The notes under the pieces were generated by a model. The model had not been told where the DNA came from. It made no database searches and saw only the letters and a list, made by a program, of their open reading frames with translations. DNA of 64,000 nt from Candidatus Latescibacterota bacterium. Its GTDB lineage: Bacteria > Latescibacterota > UBA2968. This document shows positions 43,355 through 53,879 of this stretch, one piece after another. The stretch spans positions 3,680,001 through 3,744,000 of the forward strand of contig OZ240241.1 of the NCBI GenBank assembly GCA_965198115.1, given 5' to 3'. Position numbers and translations under genes: made by a program. Position 1 is the stretch's first letter; each line of letters starts with the position of its first letter.

Positions 43355-43393
43355 AAAGCGGGCCCGATCACTCTGCCGTGATGGGCCCGCTTT
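43355..43393 (-). terminator. Intrinsic terminator downstream of tRNA-Cys
   Basis: AAAGCGGGCCC-GATCAC...GTGAT-GGGCCCGCTTT hairpin. Confidence 0.75.
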
Positions 43394-43399
43394 ATCAAC

Positions 43400-43473
43400 T
43401 GGAGGCACCGGGCGGATTCGAACCGCCGCTCAAGGCTTTGCAGGCCCCTGCCTTACCACTTGGCTACGGTGCC
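43400..43473 (-). tRNA. tRNA-Cys (GCA)
   Basis: GGCACCG-TAGCCAAGTGGTAAGGC-A-GGGGC-CTGCAAA-GCCTT-GAGC-GGCGGTTCGAATCCGCC-CGGTGCC-TCCA. Confidence 0.96.
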
Positions 43474-43510
43474 GTCAATACCAAATACATAAATGCCTGT
43501 TTATGAGTAG

Positions 43511-43540
43511 AATGTAACAGTTCTCGTCCGATGTTGTCAA
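43511..43540 (-). promoter_or_regulatory. Putative sigma70 promoter for tRNA-Cys
   Basis: TTGACA-18 bp-TACATT, about 40 bp upstream of the tRNA. Confidence 0.5.
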
Positions 43541-43560
43541 TACCACGCACGACCGATCGT

Positions 43561-44217
43561 CTACAAGGCACCAGCCGCCCAGAGGAGACCTCGCCGCTGG
43601 ATTTCCCTGGCCTCGGGAACATCGAAATCAACGGCCTTGTGCCCGAGCGACGAGTAGAAAATTCGGCCCTTGCCATACATGCGTTTCCACACCACGGGCA
43701 TAACGCACCCGTTGACCCACGGAGCCAGGTCGCCCGTCTGAAATGTCGTGTGTACCAATGCCTCGTTCGACGGGTCCACGTGCAGGTAGTATTGCTCCGA
43801 ATGCATGTCGAAGTCACCCAGGCCTTTTGTGATCGAATCGTCGTGGGTCGTGATGTTGACCCGGTAGTCGATCACCCCGCCGGGATGCGCCACCCATTGT
43901 CCCCCCACCATCCATTGATAGCCCGTATCCTGTCGAAACGCATCGGCCATGCCTCCGTGCCAGCCACCGAGCCCCACACCGCTCTCCACGGCAGTCTTTA
44001 GCCCGTTCGACTGATCCTTCTCGATCGAAGACATCGTCCAGCAGGGAACGATCAGATCCTGCTCCTGGAGCTTGTCGGCATCGAGAAGAACATCCAGCGT
44101 ATGCGCCACCTCCACGCTGAACCCTGCTTCGATCAGCAGCGCTTCGAAGATATCGGTCGTCTGCTTGGGCTCGTGCCCCTCCCATCCACCCCACGTCATG
44201 AGTGCTTTCTTTGCCAT
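43561..44217 (-). CDS. ThuA-like domain protein
   Basis: [43 protein letters not shown]. Confidence 0.88.
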   Translation of the reverse strand: MAKKALMTWGGWEGHEPKQTTDIFEALLIEAGFSVEVAHTLDVLLDADKLQEQDLIVPCWTMSSIEKDQSNGLKTAVESGVGLGGWHGGMADAFRQDTGYQWMVGGQWVAHPGGVIDYRVNITTHDDSITKGLGDFDMHSEQYYLHVDPSNEALVHTTFQTGDLAPWVNGCVMPVVWKRMYGKGRIFYSSLGHKAVDFDVPEAREIQRRGLLWAAGAL

Positions 44218-44261
44218 TGTTTACCTCGTCATTGGGTGAGAAGGTAGAAGAGTCTGCGCCA

Positions 44262-45065
44262 CTATCCAACGTCATCTTTCTTAAGTAGATCGCGGTCAGC
44301 AGGCCGCTCTTGCCCTCTGCCACGAGCGTATCCTTTTTCGGTGAGGAAGGCGTGGCTCTTCTCGACGGCTTCCATCATGTCGGTCGCGCATCGATCCAGC
44401 TCGACGATCCACCACTCGACGCGATCACCACCCGCCTGAACGATACGATCGAATTCGGTAATCCCTTCACCGAGTGCCTGCATGTCCGCTTCGCGTGTGC
44501 AAGGGCCGTCCTTCAGGTGGATGAGCGGCACACGGTCGCCGAGTTCGGCGATCACACTCGCGGGGTCGGCCCCCGCCGTCTGGACCCAGTAGGCATCGAT
44601 CTGGAAGAAAATGTCCGCGTCCAGGTGATCGAGCATCTGCTTGTAGACGAACTCGCCATCGACTTCGAGATACTCCCACCAATGATTGTGGATGCCGAAG
44701 GCAAGACCGTTCGAACGACACGTCGCAGCCGCCTCGTTGAAGCGGTCGCACGAGGTCTTGATCTGGTCCTTCGACCCGAACTGATCGCTTCCGAGACCGG
44801 CGACGAGTCGCTGGATGCCAAGAGCTTCCGCTGTCTCCAGGGACTCTTGTTGGTGGTCACCGATCGGGAGCGGCAGGTGCGCGCTGCAGACTTCCAGTCC
44901 CAGGTCGGCGAACAATCGGGCGGCTGCCTCCGGGGTCGTACCGGGGAAGCCGGCAGGCTCGACCCCGGCATAGCCGATGTCGGCCACCTTACGGACGGTT
45001 CCCTCATAGTCCTGGGCGGCAGCGTCTCGGAGCGTGAATAGCTGTAGTGCGATTGGTGCGGGCAT
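44262..45065 (-). CDS. Sugar phosphate isomerase/epimerase (xylose isomerase-like TIM barrel)
   Basis: LQLFTLR, GYAGVE, HNHWWE, QIDAYW, IHLKDG, IVELD. Confidence 0.88.
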   Translation of the reverse strand: MPAPIALQLFTLRDAAAQDYEGTVRKVADIGYAGVEPAGFPGTTPEAAARLFADLGLEVCSAHLPLPIGDHQQESLETAEALGIQRLVAGLGSDQFGSKDQIKTSCDRFNEAAATCRSNGLAFGIHNHWWEYLEVDGEFVYKQMLDHLDADIFFQIDAYWVQTAGADPASVIAELGDRVPLIHLKDGPCTREADMQALGEGITEFDRIVQAGGDRVEWWIVELDRCATDMMEAVEKSHAFLTEKGYARGRGQERPADRDLLKKDDVG

Positions 45066-45239
45066 GGGAATCCTTCTTATGATGTGTTTCCCAATGTGCG
45101 CCGAGACACCATTGATCCTGCGCGTTTCTTCCTAACGGCGGCGCACGGATCTATGGTTTTTCGGGATCTCCGGGGCACGCCCCCGGCTATTTTCGGATGC
45201 CCCTTGGGGGCTGCCGACCAATTTGACCTCATACGGCCC

Positions 45240-46258
45240 TCAGATATCGGGGTACATCTCGTTCAGACGTACGGGCGCTTCGCGTTCAGCCGATACGTAG
45301 CCTGCCAGCACAACAGCGAGACTGCGGCGCTCAGACTCAGCCGTCGTGGGACCCCACGCATTCCCCGACACAGCGTCGGCGAACGCTTCCATTTCGTGGG
45401 CGTAATCCGATAAATCATCATCGGGCCACGCCATCGGTTCGCCCTTGCCGTCGCCATCGTAGATGACGTAGCCGTCTCGGCCCGAATGGAGACTGCCTCT
45501 GTCCCCGTAGAGCGTCATCCCACCGAGTCCACCCTTCAGGAACACCCCCGGGACTGCAGGAAGGAGATCGAATAGCCACTCGCCGTAGTCAGCGTTCCTG
45601 TCAACGTGGCCTCCACATCGGTCCGATCGATTCGACTGGAATGGTGATGACGGAGATACACGTCCCGGATCTCACCAAAGATGTATCGAACCTGAGCGAC
45701 GGTATGGATGCCGTTGAGAAGCCAATGCCCGGAGCCACCCGCATCGGGCGTCGACAGCCAGGCACGACGACCGGGATAACCATATTGCTCCGCGCGAAAC
45801 TCCGAGACGACCGACGCCGAAACGATTTCGCCGATCGTCCGACCACTCTGAACGATGTCCCGAAGCGTCCTCGACACCGGCGAATAGGGCACATTCTCGG
45901 CCACGAACAGCATGACACCATTCTTGTCTGCTGCGTCGATCATCCGCGTCGCCTCGGCAACCGTCATCGCCATCGGCTTCTCAACGAGCACGTGCTTGCC
46001 TGCCTCGGCTGCCGCAATCGCTACATCACAATGAAAACGATGAGGAAGACAGATGGACAAAGCGTCGACGCTCGGATCGGCAATCGCATCGTCGACCGAC
46101 TGGTAGATCTTCTCGACCTCCAATTCGGCCGACTTTTCTTCCAGGAATGCGCGGTCGTTGTCGACCAGGCAATCGACGACCAGTTTTCGCCCGAGCTCAC
46201 GAATTGCTTCCACGTGTCGACTTCCAGCCCAGCCGACGCCAGCGACAGCGACTCTCAC
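45240..46258 (-). CDS. Gfo/Idh/MocA oxidoreductase, frameshift near 45548
   Basis: GVGWAG, HVLVEKPMA, GIH; the C terminus continues in ORF 45240-45545 after a G run. Confidence 0.8.
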
Positions 46259-47331
46259 GGATTCCCCAACCAGGCGTGGGTGCCCGTCGACACCCCCACG
46301 GCCGTAGCCACCTCGGCGAGGTCCGAGAGGGTCGCGCGGTTCAATGGAATGCCGTTCACTACATAGTCCTCGCGATTCAGGAACTCCAACTCACCCGGCG
46401 AGTAGATCCTCTCCGTCCCCTCCGCAAGTCTGCACGCGTGGATTTCCTGAACCGCTGCGTCGACCCTTCCTTTGAACGAATCAGGTTCCTCGAAGGCATC
46501 GATCTTGATCGCCGCGAAAAAGTGACCATCCGCTCCCGGTTTCGGACCGTCTTCCATGTTCCCGAGCTCGGTGCCATACGCCGCACCCGAAAGCATCGAT
46601 GACAGGATGCCCACGATGAGCGCCAGGCCTGTGCCCTTGAACCCGCCAATGGGCATCAGCAGCCCATCGATGGCGGCAGCGGGATCGGTCGTCGGGCGCC
46701 CGTTCCTGTCGAGGGCCCAACCCTCGGGCAACGGCACGCCTCTCTGTTGATGGATCCGGATCTTGCCGTGCGAGGACCCGCTGAAGGCGGCATCATAAAC
46801 GATGGGGCGTTCGGACGCGGCGGGAATCGCAACACCCAGCGGGTTGATCCCCAGAATCCGCTCAGTACCACCCCAGGGCGCCATCGTCGGCAGCGCATGC
46901 GTCGTGGCGATCCCGATCATGTCGTGCTCTAGCGCCATCGTCGCGTAGAAGGCCATCGTGCCGCAGTGATTGCTGCCGCGCACGGCCGATGCCGCGATGC
47001 CGTGTTCGCCAGCCCGGCGGGTCGCCTCCGCCATCGCGAAGTGGGCGGCGATCTGCCCCATGGCGTTGTGCCCATCGACGACCACGCACGCCCCATTGTC
47101 ACGCACGACTGTTGGTCTTCCGTTCGGGTCGACCCCGTCTTCGCGCAGCTTCTTCACATACTCGGGCACTCGCAAAACGCCGTGGGAATGGGTGCCGCTC
47201 AGATCGGCGCTGATCAACTGGTCGGTCAACAACGCCCAATCGGACGACGACATTCCACAAGCTTCGAAGATCTGTTCAACGTGCGTTCTGAGCTCGTCGG
47301 GAGGGACACGAAGAGCGCCTTCTTCATCCAT
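46255..47331 (-). CDS. Ldh_2-family (malate/L-sulfolactate/ureidoglycolate-type) dehydrogenase
   Basis: ADLSGTHSHG, SNHCG, GINP, GGFKGTGL, RIYSPGE. Confidence 0.88.
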   Translation of the reverse strand: MDEEGALRVPPDELRTHVEQIFEACGMSSSDWALLTDQLISADLSGTHSHGVLRVPEYVKKLREDGVDPNGRPTVVRDNGACVVVDGHNAMGQIAAHFAMAEATRRAGEHGIAASAVRGSNHCGTMAFYATMALEHDMIGIATTHALPTMAPWGGTERILGINPLGVAIPAASERPIVYDAAFSGSSHGKIRIHQQRGVPLPEGWALDRNGRPTTDPAAAIDGLLMPIGGFKGTGLALIVGILSSMLSGAAYGTELGNMEDGPKPGADGHFFAAIKIDAFEEPDSFKGRVDAAVQEIHACRLAEGTERIYSPGELEFLNREDYVVNGIPLNRATLSDLAEVATAVGVSTGTHAWLGNP

Positions 47332-48166
47332 CCGCGGCTGCAACCCCCATCTCCTCCTCCACGATCTTATCCACCGTGTTGCGATGGCGTTTCGGCATCC
47401 CGTTTCGGTCCACCGGCAATCGATCACCAATGAAGCTGTCGAACGTCACAGCCTCTGCTTCCTCTGCGGTCGCTCCGTCCCCCAGCATTTCGCGCACCTT
47501 GTCACGGACCGAACGGAGGTAGCCGGCCTGCCACGTCAACCAATCCCGCACCGCTTTGCGGCCTTTGATGGTATAGCCGTGCCCGGGAACCAGCGTCTCT
47601 ATATCCACCTCGAGAAGTCGGGCGAGGGAGCGCTCGAGAATCCGGCTGTCGCCATCCCCGATCGCAGCAACGATTCCGTTGACGACGGAGTCGCCGGAAA
47701 AGAGCAGACGGTCCTCCTCCACATAGATCGACAACCCGTCCTCGCTGTGCCCGGGCGTCGGGAACATCCAAAGGTGTTTTTCCCCCAGATCCAGCCACAT
47801 CTCTTCGCTAAAAGTGACGGTGGGCCACGGGAGTCGGGATCGCGCATCCTCGACCGTGGTCTCCCATTTCTTCGCAAATCCGACAAGTTGAGATTCGATC
47901 TTTGCGGGCGTCAGCTTGTGCGCGAAAACCTCTCCCCCGATCAACGGCAGCGCGCCGAGTACGTGGTCGCCGTGACCGTGCGTCAGCGCCAGACGGTCCA
48001 CATCGCGGCCGCTGTCCCGAATCAGCCCGGCCATCGATTCAGCTTCATCGACGTAGTTGCTGCAGTCGATCGCCACCGCCGACCGGGATCCGATCACGAC
48101 TCCGTTCTTTCCGTCGACGAAGCGGCTGGCAAAGCTGAACACACCCTGGGCTTCTTCCGTAAACAC
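47324..48166 (-). CDS. Metallo-beta-lactamase-fold hydrolase
   Basis: THGHGDH, TPGHS, FSGD, VPGHG. Confidence 0.85.
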   Translation of the reverse strand: MFTEEAQGVFSFASRFVDGKNGVVIGSRSAVAIDCSNYVDEAESMAGLIRDSGRDVDRLALTHGHGDHVLGALPLIGGEVFAHKLTPAKIESQLVGFAKKWETTVEDARSRLPWPTVTFSEEMWLDLGEKHLWMFPTPGHSEDGLSIYVEEDRLLFSGDSVVNGIVAAIGDGDSRILERSLARLLEVDIETLVPGHGYTIKGRKAVRDWLTWQAGYLRSVRDKVREMLGDGATAEEAEAVTFDSFIGDRLPVDRNGMPKRHRNTVDKIVEEEMGVAAADG

Positions 48167-48173
48167 GCAGCTC

Positions 48174-48602
48174 CTATCCCGAGTCGACTCGCGCACGAAA
48201 ATCGGACGGCATTGACACGATCTTCCCACAGTCGTAGTCGAAGAAAACCATCCCCGTCCTGACCAGGGCCACGTCCAACCCGGTGTCCCGATCGCTCATC
48301 CGATAGATCATCGTGAAATTCGACCTGCCGAGGTCTGCAACGCCGACCTGAACACGAAGGACCTGGCCATAGCGTCCCTGAGACTTGTAAACAACCACCG
48401 CGTCAGCCATCGTCAAACTCGCCCCGTCAGCGTCGAGCTCCGACAGCCCTACCGAATGCAGATACTGGACCCTCGCCTCGTGTGCCAACGAAAGGACAGC
48501 GTCGTTGCCGAGATGGTCCCCGTAGTTGAGGTCGGTAATCCGTACCGGTATGTCTGTCTGGAAGGGAAAGTGATCGGGAAGGTCGATTCGGACGCGCGGC
48601 AC
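48174..48602 (-). CDS. Hot-dog fold acyl-CoA thioesterase
   Basis: VRITDLNYGDHLGND...HEAR. Confidence 0.85.
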   Translation of the reverse strand: MPRVRIDLPDHFPFQTDIPVRITDLNYGDHLGNDAVLSLAHEARVQYLHSVGLSELDADGASLTMADAVVVYKSQGRYGQVLRVQVGVADLGRSNFTMIYRMSDRDTGLDVALVRTGMVFFDYDCGKIVSMPSDFRARVDSG

Positions 48603-48603
48603 C

Positions 48604-49341
48604 TCATTGGCCCCGCACGGTGTAGCGGTCTTCGTATTCGCCTTTCACGAATTTCTCGGACACGAAATCCGCCGGCGTGTAGTGCCAGGCCGTGCTGTAT
48701 CGTGAACGATCGCTCACGTTTTCCAGAGCGCCGTGCAGCAGATTGGCCGAAAACGCGACGAAAGATCCGGCGGGAACGACCACGCTCACCGCCTGCGCCT
48801 CATCGACCTGTGTCCAGCTTCCGTGGCTGTTCGGCCGCTTCTCGTGTTCGGCGATTCGGCCCGATCGGTGACTACCCGGCACGATCCGCAGGCACCCGTT
48901 TGCCTCGTCTGCATCCTCCAGATAGACACCGCAGCTGACGATCCGGTCCGAATTCGTCCCGAAATAGAAGTTATCCTGATGCCACCCTACCGAAGTGCCT
49001 CCCCCCGGCAGCTTCGGAAAAAACTTCGTTCCGAACACGTCGATATTCGATCCTACGAGAGCTTCGACGCGGTCGAGAATGGCGGGTTCCTGCGCAAGCT
49101 CGAGGATGCGCGGTTCAACGACACACACACCCTGGACTTTGTGCAGCAATCCCGAAATGGGGGCTCCGGCGTCGTCGAGCTCGAGTGACCAGTGGGGTTC
49201 ACCATCCACCAGCGTACGGCCTTTCTCGACGAGACCGTCGAGCACCTTTCGATGAATTCGCACGCGATCAGAGGGCAGAGCGCCCTCGAAAACGAGAAAT
49301 CCTTCCTCGCGGAATCGAATCTGTTCTTCATTCGTGAGCAT
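48604..49341 (-). CDS. PhyH-family Fe/2OG dioxygenase
   Basis: FREEGFL, WHQD, NGCLRIVPGSH, LLHG, SRYS. Confidence 0.9.
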   Translation of the reverse strand: MLTNEEQIRFREEGFLVFEGALPSDRVRIHRKVLDGLVEKGRTLVDGEPHWSLELDDAGAPISGLLHKVQGVCVVEPRILELAQEPAILDRVEALVGSNIDVFGTKFFPKLPGGGTSVGWHQDNFYFGTNSDRIVSCGVYLEDADEANGCLRIVPGSHRSGRIAEHEKRPNSHGSWTQVDEAQAVSVVVPAGSFVAFSANLLHGALENVSDRSRYSTAWHYTPADFVSEKFVKGEYEDRYTVRGQ

Positions 49342-49353
49342 ACGGACCCCGTT

Positions 49354-49956
49354 TCAACCGTCGACTTCAACCACTTCACCGTGCCCCAGCCCGATCTCCC
49401 AAAGGGAGCGAAAGACGTCGTCGGGCGGGTCCTTTCGAGCAATTACCGAAATGCGATCGGCTCGAAAGGTAATCGGTGACCAACTGTTCTGCAAAGTCTC
49501 AAGAAGAGAGAGACAGGCCGCTTCTCCCTTGACCTGCCCGATGCTCAGATGGGGTGTGAAACCGTCGGAATGTTTCCTCACCTCATCACACTCGGGGCAA
49601 GCCGACCACACGGAATCGTGCAGGCGACGGAGAGCTTCCGTCGGTTCCGGCTTGAGCCAGATCGTGTTGGAGGAGCGGTGACGAAAACGTTCCAGCCGAT
49701 TCAGCGACACATCGAACGGCGCCAGAGATTGGCAAGCCGTCGAGAGACGCTCGAGGGCGGTCTCCCGAGGGATACCCTCCAGGAACGGATACATGAGGGT
49801 CACGTGCGGCATCCATCGGCGGACGTGCCTGTCGTGGGACCGCCGAATCTGTTGAATCGGACCCCAAACCGTCGATTCGGGAATCAGAACCACCGCCGAG
49901 CGATGGCTCTTCGACTGGTGCACGCCTGGCGTATTTCCGCCAGCCACGTCACGCAT
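49354..49956 (-). CDS. 2H phosphoesterase (2'-5' RNA ligase family)
   Basis: Two HxT/S motifs: PHVTL and PHLSI. Confidence 0.8.
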   Translation of the reverse strand: MRDVAGGNTPGVHQSKSHRSAVVLIPESTVWGPIQQIRRSHDRHVRRWMPHVTLMYPFLEGIPRETALERLSTACQSLAPFDVSLNRLERFRHRSSNTIWLKPEPTEALRRLHDSVWSACPECDEVRKHSDGFTPHLSIGQVKGEAACLSLLETLQNSWSPITFRADRISVIARKDPPDDVFRSLWEIGLGHGEVVEVDG

Positions 49957-50161
49957 GGCAACCGCCCCTAGTCACAAACCGGCACTCCCCTACCCCTGCC
50001 CAACGTGGGATTATCAAAAATGTAGGTTTACAACTTCTTGTTTTACACGATCTTTTCATACCGCGTCGAAATAGTTGGCCAGACTCGACGGTGTTGGTCC
50101 AGACTTTGCGAATGGGTTCCCTGTCCGCGTGTGAGCTGAATCACGTTAGCCAGAAGGCGCA

Positions 50162-51559
50162 ATGGTCGCTCCAGCCAAACCCCTTGAATTCCTTGAGAGT
50201 CTCGACAACCTGCCGACCCTCCCCACGGTGGCGGCACGCGTCGCCAATGCGGCCCAGGACGAAACCGCGTCGGTGAAAGAAGTCTCTGATCTGATCGAAA
50301 AGGACTTCGCCCTCTCGGCCAAGATCCTGCAGGTCGTCAACTCTTCGCTCTACGGTTTCAGTCGAGAAATCGACAGCGTCAACGACGCCGTCGGCCTGAT
50401 GGGCTTCAAACAGGTCGGAAACCTGGCTCTGGGCATTTCCGTCGTCAGTGGCTTCCCCCAGCAGAAAGTTTTCGGGTTCAGCTACCACGATTTCTGGCAC
50501 AGATCCGTCAGCAATGCCGTCGCCGCCACCATGACGGCCACCCAGATCGACAACAAAGCGGAGGGACTGTTTACCACCGCACTCCTCCAGGACATAGGAA
50601 CGTGCATTCTCGTCAAGCACCTGCCCCTCGCCTACGGTAATGCGATGGGTATGGCGCACGAACGGGACATTCACCCGATCCACACCGAGCGTGAGGTACT
50701 TGGGGCCGATCACGCCGAAGTCGGAGGCCACCTGGTCAAACACTGGAACCTGCCGTCCAGTATTCAGATGGCGATTCGCCATCACCACTTTACCGAATTC
50801 GGTGACGATCTCGATCCCGACGTAACCAACGGCTACACGGACACGATTCGAATCGTCAACTTCTCGAACCTCCTCACAGACGTTCTGTATGACGAAACGG
50901 AAGACACACGCCGCGTCGAGCGTCTCGATCGAGCGGCCAAGAACCTGAAGCTGGACCAGACGCAGATCGATGAGATGTTCGATCGAATGCCGGAGGAGGT
51001 CCGGAGCGTTCAGTCGCTGTTCCACGCCGAGACGGAGGAAGAGGAGACCGAGTCGGTCGATCAGTTCTACGATGAGTGCCCGAAGTGCGCATCCACCTCT
51101 ATCATCCGTTTCTGCGGGGAATGCGGCACATCACTCCTCAAGACCTCCGGCGGCGGAATCGAGCGCGAAGGCCAAAATCAGAAGATCCTGGTAGCCGAGG
51201 ACAGCGAAGCCATTCGCACCGCCATTGTTTCCCTCCTGCGGAAGCGAGGCTACAACGTCGTGGTCGCGTTCAACGGCGAAGAAGCCGTTCAGTTGACAGG
51301 GAAGGAACAACCGGACCTTGTCCTGATGGACATCCGCATGCCGGTCATGGACGGTCTCGAAGCGCTTCGCCACATTCGTCTCGACGTGCGGTCCCAGGAA
51401 CTGCCTGTCATCATGCTGACGTCAGTCACGAACCTCGACACCGTCACCGACGCCATCAGCCGGGGCGCGACAGACTACGTCGCCAAACCCTTCACGATCG
51501 GGAAACTCCTTGCAACGATCGAGAAGTACATCGTGAAGTCCGAAGAAGAGACCTCCTGA
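50162..51559 (+). CDS. HDOD + double zinc ribbon + receiver domain signalling protein
   Basis: LPTLP...KILQVVNS...FWHRS...LQDIG...DHAEVG...WNLP...HH; CPKC...CGECG; VAEDS...LMDIRMP...KPF. Confidence 0.85.
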   Translation: MVAPAKPLEFLESLDNLPTLPTVAARVANAAQDETASVKEVSDLIEKDFALSAKILQVVNSSLYGFSREIDSVNDAVGLMGFKQVGNLALGISVVSGFPQQKVFGFSYHDFWHRSVSNAVAATMTATQIDNKAEGLFTTALLQDIGTCILVKHLPLAYGNAMGMAHERDIHPIHTEREVLGADHAEVGGHLVKHWNLPSSIQMAIRHHHFTEFGDDLDPDVTNGYTDTIRIVNFSNLLTDVLYDETEDTRRVERLDRAAKNLKLDQTQIDEMFDRMPEEVRSVQSLFHAETEEEETESVDQFYDECPKCASTSIIRFCGECGTSLLKTSGGGIEREGQNQKILVAEDSEAIRTAIVSLLRKRGYNVVVAFNGEEAVQLTGKEQPDLVLMDIRMPVMDGLEALRHIRLDVRSQELPVIMLTSVTNLDTVTDAISRGATDYVAKPFTIGKLLATIEKYIVKSEEETS

Positions 51560-51597
51560 CCTTCGCCGTCACTCCGCATTCCGCTCAGCAGCGACGC

Positions 51598-52596
51598 CTA
51601 CCGCTCAAACTCGACTCTACGAACAGCAAAAGTGTCGTCCCCCGAAAACACGAGGTGACACACACGCCCATCCTCACTCATCCACTTCGTGGGAAAGAAG
51701 GCCTGATCGCCCGGACCCACATCCCACAGGTCCGTGTAAAACACGGTCGTCCACGGTCCCCACGGCTCGGGCGCATCGTAGACCGCGAATCCCCCTCGGA
51801 ACCGCGTGTTATCGTCACCGGGCGTCCTGTGCTGGTGCCACCACAGATACCGTCCCAACCCGGCGTTGTAGCTGATGCCGGATCGCGAGCATCCCGCCGG
51901 CTTCTCGAACACGGCACCTCGGTCGTCGTAGCTCTCCGACCACCGGGCGTGCCCACCACCACCCGATTCGACGAAAAATCTGTAGGCCCCTCGATCTGCG
52001 ATGTCGCCCGTCGGCACGCGAGCGAGGACAAACCGGTCGGCGTTCTCGTAGGCGCTATCGTGATTGGGCGAGTAGACGTAGACATACTCGTCTCTGGCGC
52101 CCGAATAGTCGGGGCCGAAGTTCAGCAGCGTGGGGCACCCGAACTGCTCCGTCCACTTCCAGTCTGCCCAGGTCCACGTCTTCGCGTAGTCTGACGACCA
52201 ACCCAGCTGCGAGTTGGCCGCATTTCTCACGTAGACGTAGAGGACGCCGCCTACCATAAGCATCCCACTCGCCTTTTTCCCGTTCGGGCCGTGCCCCGAG
52301 TTCTCTCCCGACGGCGACCGTATGTTCACCCCACGGAAGTCCTCGGCCTCCCCTTCGATGCGGGCAAACCCCATCCCGAGCTTTACGTCCAGAATAGGAT
52401 CGAACCCGTATCCATCCCCGTAGGCCGCATACTGGTGGCCGTCGTCCGCCCACGTGATGGGCCAGTTGTCGCTGCCGTCGTATCTGACCTTGCCGCGCTT
52501 CCCCCGTGCCTTCCATTGGATATCCTCCCTGGGGGCCCAGGTCACGCGTGTGATCACGTCGCTCGGGGGACACGGCGAACGGTCGAGCTGATTCAC
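51598..52596 (-). CDS. DUF4185-like putative beta-propeller glycosidase
   Basis: GSDNWPITWADD, YDAPEPWGPW; Trp/Gly-rich beta-strand pattern. Confidence 0.55.
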   Translation of the reverse strand: MNQLDRSPCPPSDVITRVTWAPREDIQWKARGKRGKVRYDGSDNWPITWADDGHQYAAYGDGYGFDPILDVKLGMGFARIEGEAEDFRGVNIRSPSGENSGHGPNGKKASGMLMVGGVLYVYVRNAANSQLGWSSDYAKTWTWADWKWTEQFGCPTLLNFGPDYSGARDEYVYVYSPNHDSAYENADRFVLARVPTGDIADRGAYRFFVESGGGGHARWSESYDDRGAVFEKPAGCSRSGISYNAGLGRYLWWHQHRTPGDDNTRFRGGFAVYDAPEPWGPWTTVFYTDLWDVGPGDQAFFPTKWMSEDGRVCHLVFSGDDTFAVRRVEFER

Positions 52597-52611
52597 GAAA
52601 GTTTCCCCTCT

Positions 52612-53300
52612 TCACGTGGAGTCCTGCCTGCGTGCCACCCAGATCCCGTTTTCCTCTTCGATGGAGATCGCGAACGGCGCGGAATCGATGCGCTGGGCGA
52701 TCTCTTTGTCACGGGGGTGAAAGTGTGGCTGGAGGGGATCTCCGAATTTCTGAGACTCGCCTCCAGCCTCGACCAGCGTACGCACGGCATCCCGGTCGGG
52801 CGAACGCCCCTGGATCAGGTTCCGAAGGTAGAGGGCGCATTGCTCGTCCTCGTCCGTCCGAACGGCGCCCGCCCACCCCATAGCGACGATCGTGACGACG
52901 TCCGGGGCATCGGCGCAGATCGCATTCGCCGTTGCTTCTGCGACGAGGAGTGACCCCCCGTAGAGTCGGTCCGCCCCCGACGCGGCGCACACGCCCACCG
53001 TCCCGGCACGCGTCGACTGGATCATCGTCCTGCCCGACACCTCCGCCCTGGACAGTTCGAACGGCGAGTTGTTATGGTCGAACCCATCGGGGCGTTTCCC
53101 ATCGACTTCGCCCACGCAGAGGTCGCCTTTCCCCGCCTCTCGAAGCGCCAGCGCCTCCTCGACTTCGGCAACGAGAAGAATCTTCTCGACACCCTTTAGA
53201 AACGCGACGGCCGCCGTCGTGAACGCCCGGTAGACGTCGATGATCACGACCGTACCCTCGGCACGAACGGCCCCCTCCAGCAAGCTCGCCAATTTCACGT
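52612..53300 (-). CDS. 2-phosphosulfolactate phosphatase (ComB family)
   Basis: VIIDVYRAFTT, GE..G..PDGFD..NSP, STRAGT, DEDEQCA. Confidence 0.85.
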
Positions 53301-53424
53301 CCAACAGATTTCCCTCCCTCGAATGGCCACCCGATGTTGCACGGCAACAGCGTTGTGGCACCATCCGGCTCACCCTACATTAGACCGTCCTTCCCTAGCC
53401 CATCCATCTTGTCCGAGGAATCCA

Positions 53425-53865
53425 ATGCGCCTCGTCTTCATCGTCGTCGCCCTGGCAGCCGGAACATTGATACCGGTTCAGGGAAGTCTCAACGCACGAC
53501 TCGGAAAGACCTTACCGCATCCGTTGCAATCGTCCCTCACGAACTTCCTCGTCGGAAGCCTCGTCCTGCTACTGCTCCTGCTCGTGATCCGGGCACCGTG
53601 GCCAACCTATGCCTCGCTGGCGGCCGTCCCCCCGCAGTTGTTCCTCGGGGGTGTGATCGGCGTGATTTTCGTGAGTGCCGTGCTGATTCTCATCCCGCAG
53701 ATCGGCGTGCTCAACGTCCTGGCATCGGCTCTCGTTGGCCAGCTCCTCGTCTCGATCCTCATCGATCATTTCGGCTGGTTCGGGGTACCGACCCACTCCC
53801 TGTCTCTGTCCAGAATCGTAGGCGCACTCAGCCTCGTGATCGGTCTCTTCCTGATTCAACGTTAG
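53425..53865 (+). CDS. DMT-family (YdcZ/DUF606) membrane transporter
   Basis: QGSLNARLG, LGGVIG, GQLLVSILIDHFGWFG. Confidence 0.85.
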   Translation: MRLVFIVVALAAGTLIPVQGSLNARLGKTLPHPLQSSLTNFLVGSLVLLLLLLVIRAPWPTYASLAAVPPQLFLGGVIGVIFVSAVLILIPQIGVLNVLASALVGQLLVSILIDHFGWFGVPTHSLSLSRIVGALSLVIGLFLIQR

Positions 53866-53879
53866 TCGCAGAGGAACCC

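Noticed and set aside
40099-43400. Integron integrase or phage integrase near tRNA-Cys
   Set aside because: No ORF with tyrosine recombinase R-H-R-H-Y motifs or serine recombinase motifs, and no duplicated tRNA-Cys 3' end was spotted at the other side of the island.
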